Counted from the first letter of the stretch, positions 46,577-57,504 are shown. The stretch is 64,000 bases of DNA from Rebecca billardiae RCC1528 (GCA_965240325.2 OZ251230.1:248001-312000); one strand, 5' to 3'. Notes: generated by a model not told the origin, from the letters alone. Numbers and translations: made by a program.

Positions 46577-49252
46577 TCAGACGAAGTATGATGCCCACCC
46601 TGCGCGCGCTCCGCCGCGTGCTGACGGGGCGGCAGTCCGGGCAGCAGCGGCGGGCACTAGACCGCCGTCGTCGGCACGCTGCGACCCAGCCTGTGCGTCG
46701 CGCACGTGCGCGACGACTCGCGAGAGCACCGCCGGCTCGTCGTAGAGCTCGCGCTCGGGCACCGCCGCCTCGAGCCCCGGGAGCGCGCCGTCCCGCTCGA
46801 TCCGAGCGACGGCCTCCGGCTGCAGCGCAAGGCCCGCGCCCGCCCCCGCGCCGCCCTGGCGCTGGCCGGGCGCGCGCAGCATGAGCAGGGAGAAGCTGGG
46901 GCGGTCGAGCAGCTCGGCGAGCTCGTACGGCAGGAAGTGCGCGCGGGGCGCGCCCAGACGCGCCTCGTGCCGCTCCGCGTGCAGCGCGCGCACCTCCTCG
47001 CGAAAGGCGTCGGCGACGCGCGGCGGCAGCGCGAGCCCAGCGCTGATTGGCTCGAGCAGCTCGGCGAGCGTGCGCGCTGTGCCGATGGTCGTGACCGAGC
47101 GCGGCGCGAACGGCCGCGCGGCCTCCTCGCTGCCGTGTGCACCCGTGCTCGCGCCTCGGCCTTTCGCGCGCGTGGCGCCGTGCGCACGCGTGCCCAGCTG
47201 CGCGCGCTGCGCCTCGCCCCGGATCATGTCCGCAGCCAGCAGCGCCGCCGCGCCGCCCGCCGCGTACCCGACGACGTGCTCGACCGGGCCGTGCGCCGCG
47301 TGCAGGAAGAGCAGCGCCTCCCGCACCGCGGCCGCGCTCGCCACCAGGTCGGTCCGCCTGCCGGAGGAGCGGCCGCAGACGGGCAGGTCGATCAGGGCGA
47401 CGCGGCACCCGGCGCTGAGCAGCGCGGACGCGAGCTCGCGCATGCTGTACGCGTTGCCGCCCCAGCCGTGCAGCACGCACGCCAGCGGCGCAGCGGCCTT
47501 GCCGGCCGGCGTGCGCAGCGTCACGTGCACGTGGTGGTTGCCCGCGTGCGTGGGCACGAAGAGATTGGTCGCCTCCTGGTACCAGTCGTCGGCCTCCCAG
47601 CCGAGCGGCTTGCGCGCCGGGTGCCTGTACGCGCGCACGGCCGCGCGCGCGGCGGCGCGCGCCGAGCAGCTGCCGAGCACGAGCAGCCTGGCGCGCGCGC
47701 CGAGCAGGGCAGGGTTGGCGTGCGGCGCGCCGCGGCCGTGCAGCTTGAGCCGGAAGAGGCCGCCGAGGTGGCCAGCCGCGCGCGCGAGCAGCTGGAACTT
47801 GGCGCCTGCCTCCTTGGTGATGGCGTGCTCGCTGTGCTGCTGGCTCAGCACTCGGAGCCACATCTCGAACTCGACCGAGCGCTCCGCACGGCCGCTCGCC
47901 GAGTGCACGGCCGACCACAGCTTGAGCCGCGCCGAGTCGGAGAGCCGGCGGCTGCGCTCCTCCGCCTTGTGGTCCAGCCGGTAGCCGACGGCGAACACGG
48001 CAAAGCAGAGGGCCTGCATCAGGGCGAGGTACGCCCACGCGGCCGTCGGGCTCACCTCGGCGAAGAAGACCGCCCCGAGCCCTCCGAGGGACTTGCCCAC
48101 GCCCGTGTTGAGCGTGCGCAGCACGCCGAGCAACACCGCTGGCGCCGTGCGCGTGCGCTCGGCGACGTGGCCCACGCGCACCCGGCCCGCCACCTTGAGC
48201 ACGAAGGTGGACATCGTCGGCCCGAAGGCGAAGACGAGGAGCACCGGCGGTGACAGCGGGCGCACGGCGGCGAGCACCACGCCCGAGCCGAGGACGAGCG
48301 CGAACGCGACGGCGACCGTCGGCGCGTACTGCAGCTTGGACATCAGCCGCGGCACCTGCGGGGTCAGCACGAGCCCGGCACACGTGTGCACGAGCAGCGC
48401 GATGCCCAGCAGCTCCGAGCTCAGCGTCGGGTCGGACGCGGCGGAGAGCGCGGTCACGACGACGTACCCCGCGTTCGTCACGCCCTGCGAGAGGTTGAGC
48501 GCCCCGACGGACAGAAAGCCGGGCGAGAGGTACACCCCCAGCCGCTGCCGGAGCGTGCCGCGCGCTGCTGCCGGGGGCGGCTTGGAGGAGTCGGCGGCGG
48601 TCTTGGCACTCGCCGCCGCGTCTGAGGGCTTGGACTCGCCGTCTGGCGCGTCCTGCCTCGGCGTGGCCTTGCACGACACGCGCGCGAGCGCGTAGGCAGC
48701 CGCAAACAGCGTCGCGGCGCCCATCATCGCCGCGCAGATCAGCAGGGTCACGCTCCAACCGAGCGTGCCGTACGCGACGATCAGGGCGAAGCCAATGAGC
48801 AGGCCCACGAGCTGCGCGCTGATGACGAAGGCGAATGCGTCGGCAGTCGCCCGCTTGTCCGCCTTGCCGCCCTTCCCCGCCTTGGCAAGATCGGCGTAGA
48901 TCATCGCTGAGCCGGCGAGGATGGGCGCGAGAAAGCCAAGCGAGCCGTTCAGCAGGATGATCGTGAGCGGGGCGGGCGCGAACGCCATGCCCATCAGAAT
49001 GGGGACGAAGAGCCCTTCCGTGAGCACGAGCGCGGGGCGCGGGCCGAGGATGCCGGACAGCTTCGCGTTGGGCACGTTGGCGCCGAGCGCGATCGCATTC
49101 CTCAGGATGCCACCGATCGCGACCGTGTTCAGAGGCCAGCCGCGCTCGACGACCAAGATCGGGATCAGGTAGTCAAGAGCGTACTGCGAGGCCGCCCAGC
49201 GGGCCAGCTCGGCCGCCGCGGCGACGACCGCGACGAGCGGCGGGACCTTCAT
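46577..49252 (-). CDS. MFS-like transporter fused to an alpha/beta-hydrolase-like domain
   Basis: Two blocks of hydrophobic helices split by a polar loop, then VLHGWGG, IDLPVCGRS and VVGYAAGG, all in one 891-aa ORF. Confidence 0.78.
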   Translation of the reverse strand: MKVPPLVAVVAAAAELARWAASQYALDYLIPILVVERGWPLNTVAIGGILRNAIALGANVPNAKLSGILGPRPALVLTEGLFVPILMGMAFAPAPLTIILLNGSLGFLAPILAGSAMIYADLAKAGKGGKADKRATADAFAFVISAQLVGLLIGFALIVAYGTLGWSVTLLICAAMMGAATLFAAAYALARVSCKATPRQDAPDGESKPSDAAASAKTAADSSKPPPAAARGTLRQRLGVYLSPGFLSVGALNLSQGVTNAGYVVVTALSAASDPTLSSELLGIALLVHTCAGLVLTPQVPRLMSKLQYAPTVAVAFALVLGSGVVLAAVRPLSPPVLLVFAFGPTMSTFVLKVAGRVRVGHVAERTRTAPAVLLGVLRTLNTGVGKSLGGLGAVFFAEVSPTAAWAYLALMQALCFAVFAVGYRLDHKAEERSRRLSDSARLKLWSAVHSASGRAERSVEFEMWLRVLSQQHSEHAITKEAGAKFQLLARAAGHLGGLFRLKLHGRGAPHANPALLGARARLLVLGSCSARAAARAAVRAYRHPARKPLGWEADDWYQEATNLFVPTHAGNHHVHVTLRTPAGKAAAPLACVLHGWGGNAYSMRELASALLSAGCRVALIDLPVCGRSSGRRTDLVASAAAVREALLFLHAAHGPVEHVVGYAAGGAAALLAADMIRGEAQRAQLGTRAHGATRAKGRGASTGAHGSEEAARPFAPRSVTTIGTARTLAELLEPISAGLALPPRVADAFREEVRALHAERHEARLGAPRAHFLPYELAELLDRPSFSLLMLRAPGQRQGGAGAGAGLALQPEAVARIERDGALPGLEAAVPERELYDEPAVLSRVVAHVRDAQAGSQRADDGGLVPAAAARTAAPSARGGARAGWASYFV

Positions 49253-49357
49253 ATTCTGCGAGCGGAGTGACCGAGCAGGACGGCGATTGGCGAGTGCGAC
49301 TGCCCAGCTGGGCTGCTCAGGCTGGGCCGCCAGCCGAGGGCCCCGGGTCCCGGACCC

Positions 49358-49408
49358 ATTCTATGATTTAACGACACAGGTAGGACGACGCGGGTCTCCT
49401 GATTCGTC
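49358..49408 (-). repeat. Dispersed repeat A (51 nt)
   Basis: 44/51 identical to 31005-31055. Confidence 0.88.
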
Positions 49409-50028
49409 CCCGGCCGGTGATGATTTGCATTTTTGGGCGGGAACGGGTGATGAACAATGGCAGGTGGGCGGTGTGAGGCGCATGGCCGGCTCATCCTTTG
49501 GCGTCCACCAGGACGATGACTCCGGCACGTTCGATCGCGGTGTCTGGCAAGCAGTCCGTGATAGAGTACATGTCTTTGCCATGCTGCGACGCTGCGTGAA
49601 CACGGACGCCGGCGAGGTCCAAGGAGGTCCGAAAGCACGTTGACGTGTACCAACGTACGTGCGGCTGGCTTGTCAACAAAACATCGACAACAGTCAAGAT
49701 GCTCGCGAATGCACATGTCTTCACACAATCACATGTACTACTACCAACATGTTCAGATACTGTTGGACACTGATGTAGTGATATTAGCCCGTCGGAACCG
49801 ACGGCCGTAACCCGAGTGGCACCTGACTCCCGTGAGGCTGCCGTGTTTAGCCAGCACCGTGCCCACGGATTCCAATTCCAATGCGAGCTCGATCTTCTGA
49901 TGGTACAGTACACTGGCGCCATCTTCAACGACGTCTTCGTCATCGTGCCGTTCGGCCATACTGATTTTATACAAGAAACCGTTTCGGGCGCCGCGGGTCC
50001 GCGGCGCCGTGCAGGTAGACTTAGACTA

Positions 50029-50539
50029 CAGGCAATCGCGGGCAATAAGGAGCTGTCACGTTAAGAAACTGGGGCTTGCTATCTGCGGATCTGGCCTAGA
50101 AACTGAGGCTAGCGATTGGCTGGTTCGCTATACGCATAGTCACACTAAGAAACCGGGACTACGTCGTCCGGGCTGACGAGTGGTCCGCCGAGGGGCGAGG
50201 CCGAGGCGCAGTCGGCCAGTCGGGGACGCGGCGCGCGGCCCGACTACGAGTACAGGCCAAGTCCCGACTTCTCCTGATGACTGACTCCTGGCCAGTGCAC
50301 CGCAGCATCCATGCAACATCATGCCAGATTTGCTCCAAAAAGGCCCAAAATTTTCGTCGGCCTCGCCGGCCGGGCCTAAAGACTCAGCGGGGGGCTCTGC
50401 CCCCCTGCGCCCCCCGCGCCTGCGCGGCGGGCGGACCTAGCTAAGAAACTGAGACTCCGTAGGCGCTCGGGCTACCGAACGGCTAAGAAACCGAGGCTAG
50501 CCGTGAGATCTCTGACTTCTTATTGCCCGCGATTGCCTG
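50029..50539. mobile_element. MITE, Tc1/mariner-like (TA target duplication)
   Basis: Perfect 21-bp TIR CAGGCAATCGCGGGCAATAAG (50029-50049 and 50519-50539) flanked by TA; five internal AGAAACYGRGRCT repeats. Confidence 0.88.
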
Positions 50540-50560
50540 TACGCACTCGCCGGACGCTCG

Positions 50561-50609
50561 GTACAGTTTACAAAGAATAAGAGACGTACACAGCTCAGGC
50601 AGGCGAGAT
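50561..50609 (-). repeat. Dispersed repeat B copy
   Basis: 47/49 identical to 4508-4556. Confidence 0.9.
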
Positions 50610-51043
50610 CAAGTTCAAAATCGCGACCACACGCCAGGCTCCGGATTCGGTCCAATGACCAATCCCCCCCCCCCCCCCCAGTCCGGTCACTGGAGCGTTA
50701 CATCTTCGGACCGAGTGCAATCGGCGGGAGGCGCCGCCTGACTGATGATCTACGATAGCTATTAGCTCCTAGAGGTCCCACCCCAGGCGGTCCCTTGGAC
50801 GACATTACGGCGAGATGGATCATCAGCCACACCTCCAAGTCCAATAACTAGGTGACTCAGACTCTATAATTTTCTATAACAAAATTCCCAGCCCGAATAA
50901 CATTTTCGCATATGTATGCAGGTGTCCGGAACGCGGCCCGCAGGATGTGCTGTGACGGACGGGTAATTACATAGGAAAATAGTAGAGTCTGAACCTATAT
51001 ATAAGGGACGGGTCGTAATTATACAGTAATAAAAATAGTAGAG

Positions 51044-51458
51044 TCTGAACCTATTGGGCCAGGTGGTCGGATGATGCGACTACTATACATTTCTCGTTGA
51101 AGTCATCAATCGGGGGTCGGAAGGGACTCTGCTGCATGGTCCGCTGCTTGGCGGCTTGGTTGACCGTTCGGCTCGGGGCCAACTGATGTAACGGAGCTGG
51201 GGGAAGGGGTGGACCGGAGCCCGCGGAGCCTCTGAACCTATTGGGAGGTGCCGGTGGTCGGATGCGACATTTCTCGTTGAAGTCACTACTTGAAGCGTCA
51301 TCAATCGGGGGTAGTCGGAAGGGCTCTGCATGCGCTCACTGCTGATGCATGGTCCGCTGCTTGGACTTGGTTGACTTCAGCTGGCTGGGCCAAGACGTAA
51401 CGGAGCTGGGGCGGGGCCGGTACGGTGCACGCGCGGACCGGAGCCGCCAGCCGGAGCC
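51044..51458 (+). repeat. Diverged tandem duplication (~190-230-nt unit)
   Basis: Units start TCTGAACCTATTGGG at 51044 and 51231 and differ mainly by short insertions. Confidence 0.85.
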
Positions 51459-51724
51459 CGGCCACGACATGAGTCTGATGCAGCATGGCTGAAACGTAGT
51501 CGTGTGAAATTGTATCATGCGTTGCGGGGAGCACGCGCTGCCGGCCCCTGCGGTGCACGCTTACTGCTACGTCGTTGTGCCAGGCAGCCGGTGTGGCTCG
51601 CCAATGGCGACGACGCCGCCAGCAGGCATCGCGCGTCGTCGTGTTGTCGTCACCATGACGTCGACGACCTTAGCAGTATTCACCATCACGCCGGATCCCG
51701 AGCACGCCGACACAAGCTCCGCGC

Positions 51725-52933
51725 TCACGGCGCGCCCCGCCTTTCCTCGCGCGCGCGCAGGATGAGCTGCTTGATGCGCTCGTCCGAGGTGTCCTCCGCA
51801 GGCGTGCGGCCCTTGCGGTCGAGGGTGCGCGTGCTCGCGCCGTGCTCGAGGAGCAGCGACACCACCGCTGGGTGCCGCTTGAACGCGGCGAAGTGCAGCG
51901 GCGACTGCCACTTGTCGTTCGGCTCGTCGAGCGCCTCCGCGCCCGCCGGGCTCGCCAGCAGCGCCTCCGCCACCTCGGCGTGGCCGCGCCTGCATGCGCG
52001 CAGCAGCGCGCTCGCGCCGAGGTAGCCGCGCGCGCCCGCGTCGGCGCCGCGCTCGAGCAGCCAGCGCACCGCGTCGAGGTGCCCGCCCTCCGCTGCCCAG
52101 ATGAGCGCGGTGTTGCCCGACGCGTCGGGCGTGTCCAGCACGCCGCCGCTCTCGCCGCCCATCGCGCGCGCCTCGGCCTCGAGCGCGCGCACGTCGCCGC
52201 GCGCCGCCGCCTCTGCGAGCGCGCTGCCGGGCGCGGGCGCCGGGTGCGCGACAAAGGGCGCGGCGGTGGGCCCGACCTCGTGCGTGCGGTACGCGCAGTC
52301 GATCGCGGGGATGAGCTGCTCGAGCGTCTCCACGCAGAAGTCCGGCGTCTCCGCGCTCGACGCGCCCTCGAGCACACTCCGGCCGCTGGCGCTCACAAGC
52401 GCTGTCGCGACGCCCGCCGCGTTGCCAAACGCGACGTCGTTCTTGGCGGAGTCGCCGACCATCAGCAGCTGCGGCCCGCACGGCACGTCCCACTCGCGCG
52501 CGATGGTGCGTAGCGCGGCGGGGTCCGGCTTGGGCGGCACGTCCGCCTCGTCGCGGCTGATCGCCATCGAGAAGGGCGGCACGCCCGCGGGCTCCAGCAG
52601 CGCGCGCTGCAGGTGTGACACGGTGAGCGCAGAGTTGCGCGTGACGATGGCGGTGGGGATGGCGCGCGCGTGGAGCCAGCGCGCGAGCGCGAGCGCGCCC
52701 GGCTGGAGCTGGAGCGTGCGCCGCCCCTCCTCCTCCATCTCGTCGATCACCGCCTGCGCGGCCGCCGCGTCGGGCGGCGACATGCGTGCAACGGCCGCGA
52801 GCAAGTCCTCGGACATCGGCACGCCGCATCGCTCGTACATGCGCGCAAAGTCGAGGTTAGGGACGGTGAGGGTGCCGTCCATGTCGAACACGACGCCGCG
52901 CAGCGCGCGCTGCCGCGTGGCCGCTCGCAGCAT
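51725..52933 (-). CDS. HAD-superfamily hydrolase fused to ankyrin repeats
   Basis: VFDMDGTL, VTRN, PKPDP, MVGDS..ND; ankyrins GNTALIWAA, ALLRACRRGH, SPLHFAA. Confidence 0.9.
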   Translation of the reverse strand: MLRAATRQRALRGVVFDMDGTLTVPNLDFARMYERCGVPMSEDLLAAVARMSPPDAAAAQAVIDEMEEEGRRTLQLQPGALALARWLHARAIPTAIVTRNSALTVSHLQRALLEPAGVPPFSMAISRDEADVPPKPDPAALRTIAREWDVPCGPQLLMVGDSAKNDVAFGNAAGVATALVSASGRSVLEGASSAETPDFCVETLEQLIPAIDCAYRTHEVGPTAAPFVAHPAPAPGSALAEAAARGDVRALEAEARAMGGESGGVLDTPDASGNTALIWAAEGGHLDAVRWLLERGADAGARGYLGASALLRACRRGHAEVAEALLASPAGAEALDEPNDKWQSPLHFAAFKRHPAVVSLLLEHGASTRTLDRKGRTPAEDTSDERIKQLILRAREERRGAP

Positions 52934-53190
52934 GCTCGCGAGTCGCGCCAAGGAGCACGGAGCCTGGGCGTCAGCGCTGGCACCTCGCGCACGCGTGCAC
53001 CACGCGCGCGGAGAAGCTGATCGATGCAGCAGCGCTCTCGATCGCTCGGTCCGGGTCGAATGCAATCCCAAATACTGGAAACTCGACGGCCGGCCGGATC
53101 CACTGCGAACGTCGCGCGCGGTCTGCTCGCGAGACGAGCATCCACCTGCCGGCCACGTCCAGACGAGGCAGCCCAACGAGGCGCACCACG

Positions 53191-54912
53191 ATGCAGCAGC
53201 AGCCGCAGCAGCCGCAGCCCGCGCTCGCCGCGCAGGTGAGCGCGGCGCGCTTCTCTTACGGGCCAACCAGCCCGCCCGTGTGCTTCGACGTCAACCTCAG
53301 CCTGCCCCGCGGCGCGCGCATGGTCCTCGTCGGCTCGAACGGCGCGGGCAAGTCGACGCTGATGAACTTGATTGGCGGCCGGCGCAAGCCGAGCGGCGGC
53401 ACGGTGCGCGCGCTGGGCGAGGACGCGTTCGAGAGCACGGCGCTGGCGCTCCGGATCAACATGGTCACGACCGACTGGCAGATCCACCTCAACCTCCCGG
53501 TGCGCCAGCTCGTCACGTCCGCGGCCGAGGGCGTGCCGCGCGCGCGGCTCGAGCGGCTGATCGAGGCGCTCGACGCGGAGGAGCTGCTCGAGCGCGAGAT
53601 CGCGAGCCTCTCCGACGGGCAGCGGCGGCGCGTGCAGCTGCTGTGCAAGCTGCTCCCCCCGCGCGAGCTCATCCTCCTCGACGAGGTGACCAACTCGCTC
53701 GACATCCTCGCGCGCGCCAAGCTGCTCGAGTTCCTCCGCACTGAGGAGTCGGAGGCGCGCGGCGCGAGCGTCGTGTTCTGCACGCACATCTTCGACGGGC
53801 TGGACGGCTGGGCGACGGACGTGGCGCACATGGACGCCGGCCGCGTCGTGCGCCACGTGCCCGCCTCGCAGCTCCCCGCCGGTCAGTCGCTGTACCAGCT
53901 CGTGCGCGGCTGGCTGCTCGAGACAGCGGCCGCGCGCCGGCGCGCCGCGAGCGGAGGCGGCGCGGCGCCGGGCGGCGTGCTCGGCGCGCGCGCGAGCGCG
54001 GTGCTCGACGAGATGATGCGCGAGCTCGACGCGCGCGGGCGGCCCGCCCACGACCCGAGCCGCGAGGACGCAGCCAGCGCGAGCGACCTGAGCGGCTCTC
54101 AGCCCAAGAAGCAGCGCGCGGACCAAGGCCCCGCGCCCGTCCGCGCCGCGTCTCCGTCCGGGGCGGGCAGTCGGAGCAGCGTGAGCTCCGCAGCCGCGGG
54201 GGTGGGCGCGGGCGCGCAGCCCGGAGACGCGCGCGCGCAGCCGCAGGGCGAGGCCAGCCAGGCGCACGCGGCTATACCCGCGGGCCCGGCAGCCACGTCC
54301 TCCTCAGGGGCGGGCGGTCCGCCACCGCCCCGCGAGGCGCCGAGGGCGCCGCCGCCGCCCCACCCGCCGCAGCCCCAAGCCGCGGCGGCCGACGCGCCGA
54401 CGGGCGGGGCCGCCGGTGCCCGCCCTCCCGGCGGCGCGCTCGGCGGGCGCGGTGCCGGCCCGCCGCCCGCGCCGCCGCGCGCGCGACTCGACCGGCAGCT
54501 CCCTGCGGACGCCGAGCGGATGGCCCCGACCATCCAGAGCGCGCTCGGTGCCCTCGAGGAGCACGTGCGCATGGTGGCGCACGCGGTCGCGGATGGCGAC
54601 CTCGGCGCGCTTGGGCAGGCGCGGCAGCGCGTGAGCGACCTGTGGGCGCAGGCGCAGCTCGCGCTCACCAGCTTCGAGAAGGTGGCCGCGGCGGGCAAGC
54701 CCGGGGACGGCGGCGCGCCCAACCCAGCCGGCGGCGGCGCGAGCCCTGCAGCCGGAGGGCCGGCAGCGGGCCAGCCCTCCTCCCAGCAGCTGCCGCTCGG
54801 CTGGGGCGAGCGGCACAACATGCGCGCCGAGGACGAGCTGCTCAGCCGTGGCGCGATCGCCCCCCTGCCGCCTGGCTCTCAGCTCTCGTCGCTAGGCGCA
54901 GGGAGCGAGTGA
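53191..54912 (+). CDS. Soluble ABC ATPase, CAF16/ABCI-like, with low-complexity tail
   Basis: GSNGAGKST, LSDGQRRRVQL, LLDEVT, CTHIFDGL. Confidence 0.9.
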   Translation: MQQQPQQPQPALAAQVSAARFSYGPTSPPVCFDVNLSLPRGARMVLVGSNGAGKSTLMNLIGGRRKPSGGTVRALGEDAFESTALALRINMVTTDWQIHLNLPVRQLVTSAAEGVPRARLERLIEALDAEELLEREIASLSDGQRRRVQLLCKLLPPRELILLDEVTNSLDILARAKLLEFLRTEESEARGASVVFCTHIFDGLDGWATDVAHMDAGRVVRHVPASQLPAGQSLYQLVRGWLLETAAARRRAASGGGAAPGGVLGARASAVLDEMMRELDARGRPAHDPSREDAASASDLSGSQPKKQRADQGPAPVRAASPSGAGSRSSVSSAAAGVGAGAQPGDARAQPQGEASQAHAAIPAGPAATSSSGAGGPPPPREAPRAPPPPHPPQPQAAAADAPTGGAAGARPPGGALGGRGAGPPPAPPRARLDRQLPADAERMAPTIQSALGALEEHVRMVAHAVADGDLGALGQARQRVSDLWAQAQLALTSFEKVAAAGKPGDGGAPNPAGGGASPAAGGPAAGQPSSQQLPLGWGERHNMRAEDELLSRGAIAPLPPGSQLSSLGAGSE

Positions 54913-55839
54913 CGATGACGAGCGGAGTAGGCGTCAAGTGTCCCGCGCCGTACGCTCCGTGAGGTACGCCCTCGAGATCGACGGAGAACGGACTACGGAG
55001 CAGTACTCAGTAGTCAGGCTCCACGAGCTCAGATCGAGTCCGGTATCATCGCGGCGGACGGTTTCGTCATAGCAGCGCAGCACATAAGTTATTCCGGGTC
55101 TTAGCCGAGAATTATGTGTGCGCGTGCGTGCCGACGGTGACGGAGCCCGGCGCCTGCTGAAGTTGTGCATTGGCATCCGAGGCGTCAGCAGTCTACGGGC
55201 CTAACATAACTAACAACTGCTAGCTGCTAGCAGTCACTACGACTACGGACGACTGCTTAGTCTTAGTACTTTGACAGTCGTACTTTAAGACGGTACTCGC
55301 CCTATATCGGCTATCTGCCGCTATATCTACTCTCACTACGCGGTCTCGATCTCTCACTCTCTCCGTAGTGGCGCCGGCGCCGCGCGGCGCTCTGCTCTCT
55401 GACTAGTCTGAGCGGGACTCTGACGGCCGCGTGCCTGGCACATCCGACACTGGCATCCGAGCATCATAGTACTCTCTCGATCTCTCCGCCGTAGTCTGCT
55501 CACATTGGCATTGGACATTGCGCACGTGAATGCACATCACGGCCACCCGTACGCATGTCCGCCTCGAGTCTCGACTCGTCATCAGGCTCGTCAGCTGTCA
55601 ACTTACACGACTAGCTGAGCAGTCAATGCCAGTGTCCTGATGGCCGATTCTTGACGCTGCCAGGCAGTGAGGCAGGCCGGACAGCCGCGGTTGTGCATGG
55701 GCGAGGGACGGGCGTGTACCCACGGTAGGCAGCCCCTGCTGGATGCTGCGCGCCAACACGGCATCGTCGGTGTGCCGCATCAGCATTCACCGGTCACGTC
55801 GGCTCCGCGATTGGCCGGCGCGTTTGGCCGGCCGCCGCC

Positions 55840-56582
55840 TCAGCGCTTCACCCACTGCGGCGCCTTGCGAGCCTTCACCTTGCCCGGCTTCTTCCGCTCG
55901 ACCACGCGCGGATCTCGAGTAAGCATATCCGCGCGCTTCAGCGTTGTGCGCAGCTCGGGCTCTAGGCCCTGAAGGGCGGTGGCAACCCCATGGCGCACAG
56001 CCTGAGCTTGGCCTGTGTGCGCACGCGTGGTGGGCGGCGCCGACGCCCGGCAGGTGAGACGCGGCAGCAGTGCACGCGCGTGTGGGCGTCGCGTGACGCA
56101 CCTGAGAGGCCACCGCCCCGCACGGTCGCTTGCACGTCGTACTTGCCGCTCCTGCGCGCCAGCAGCAGCGGCGAGACGCTGAGCGCGCTCATCGGCCACG
56201 GGAAGTACTCAAGGTGCAGCTGGCCGTTCACCTCGATGCGCGGCAGCTGCCCGTCGCGCACTGGCTCGACGTAGACGCGGGCAACGGACGTCTTTCGCTT
56301 CCCGACGGCGAATGCACGCCTCCGATCCCCTCGAGTCTGGATGATGTACCGCACAGCGCGCGTCGTGTCCAACCACTGATCCGGCGGCGGCGGCTCGTTT
56401 TCCATGCGCTTTGCGTCGGCGGCGACGCGCTCGAGGATGCCCTGCCAGGCGGGAGCGACTTTCGCCGCTTGCTCGATGAGCGCCGCGCTCTCTGCGTTCA
56501 GCTCCTTCAGGCCACGCGCTGGCGCCGCCAGGCCGAGCCGCGGCAGCGCCGATGCGCACAGCCTGCGTGCCGCAGGCAGCAT
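55840..56582 (-). CDS. rpsI: Bacterial-type ribosomal protein uS9, probably mitochondrial
   Basis: [49 protein letters not shown]. Intron 56101-56013; presequence-like N-terminus. Confidence 0.94.
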
Positions 56583-56687
56583 GGCGACGCGTTCCCGGGC
56601 GATCGAGATGACAAATCAGGAACAGGCCAGCCGGAGTCCGGAAGCCACTCCGGAGCGGAGAAGAACGCCAGCCACGGCGACGACGCG

Positions 56688-57504
56688 ATGGCGCCGGGCA
56701 GAAGAAAGAGCAGGGAAGAGGACGACGTAGACGTCCCCGAGCTTGACATCCCAGGGATCGATGTGGAGGCCATCATGGCGAAGAGCACCGTCAGCGCCCT
56801 GGACACGCGCGCGGTGCCCACGCACGTGCCGCGCGAGGTAAGCTCCGCGCGACGATTGCTCGCGGCCTGCTTATGACACGGGCGCCGTCACTCACCAACC
56901 AACGCTGTCCCCGTGTGCGCCTGCCGTACCTGCACCCAGGCCAAGAAGCAGCCGAGCAAGTGGTACGAGATCCCAAAGCCAGAAATGACGCAGGAGCTGA
57001 AGGATGATCTCCAGGTGCGCTGCACGTGCCATCCACTGGTTGGCCGTCGCACCAAGCTCACAGCTCGCACGCTCTGCTCGGAACGCGGTGGCAGGTTGTG
57101 CACATGCGCAGCGTGATCGACCGCAAGCGCTTCTACAAGTCGTCCGACTACAAGAAGAAGGCGGTGCCGTCTCGCGTGCAGGTGGGCACGGTCATCGAGG
57201 GCCCGACGGAGTACACGAGTGGCAGGATCCCACGCAAGGAGAGGTGTGCGCGGGCGCGCCCATCGCGTCGGCTGTGCCGCAGGCATGGCGTGACCAGCCC
57301 TCAAACGCCCATGCCTTGTGGCTTCCCGCGCGGCGTGGCAGGCGGAAATCGATGGTCGCCGAGCTCATGGCCGACGAGACTGTGCGCAAGTACGCGAAGC
57401 GCAAGCACCTGGAGGTGCAGGAGGCCACGCAGCGCGGGGGCAAGAAGGCGCGCACAGAGAAGCTCAAGAGCCGCAAGCCCAAGTGGTCTCGCGCGCGGCA
57501 CTGA
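56688..57504 (+). CDS. FCF2: Fcf2 pre-rRNA processing protein (DNTTIP2 C-terminal-like)
   Basis: KWYEIP...ELKDDLQ..MR..ID.KRFYK, QVGTVIEG. Introns 56838-56939, 57015-57094 and 57244-57341. Confidence 0.88.

Noticed and set aside
49410-50000. Reverse transcriptase or recombinase remnant upstream of repeat A
   Set aside because: Only short ORFs with no diagnostic motifs.
31176-56582. uL13 and uS9 as a relic of the bacterial rplM-rpsI operon
   Set aside because: 24 kb apart, on opposite strands, with many genes between; likely coincidence.
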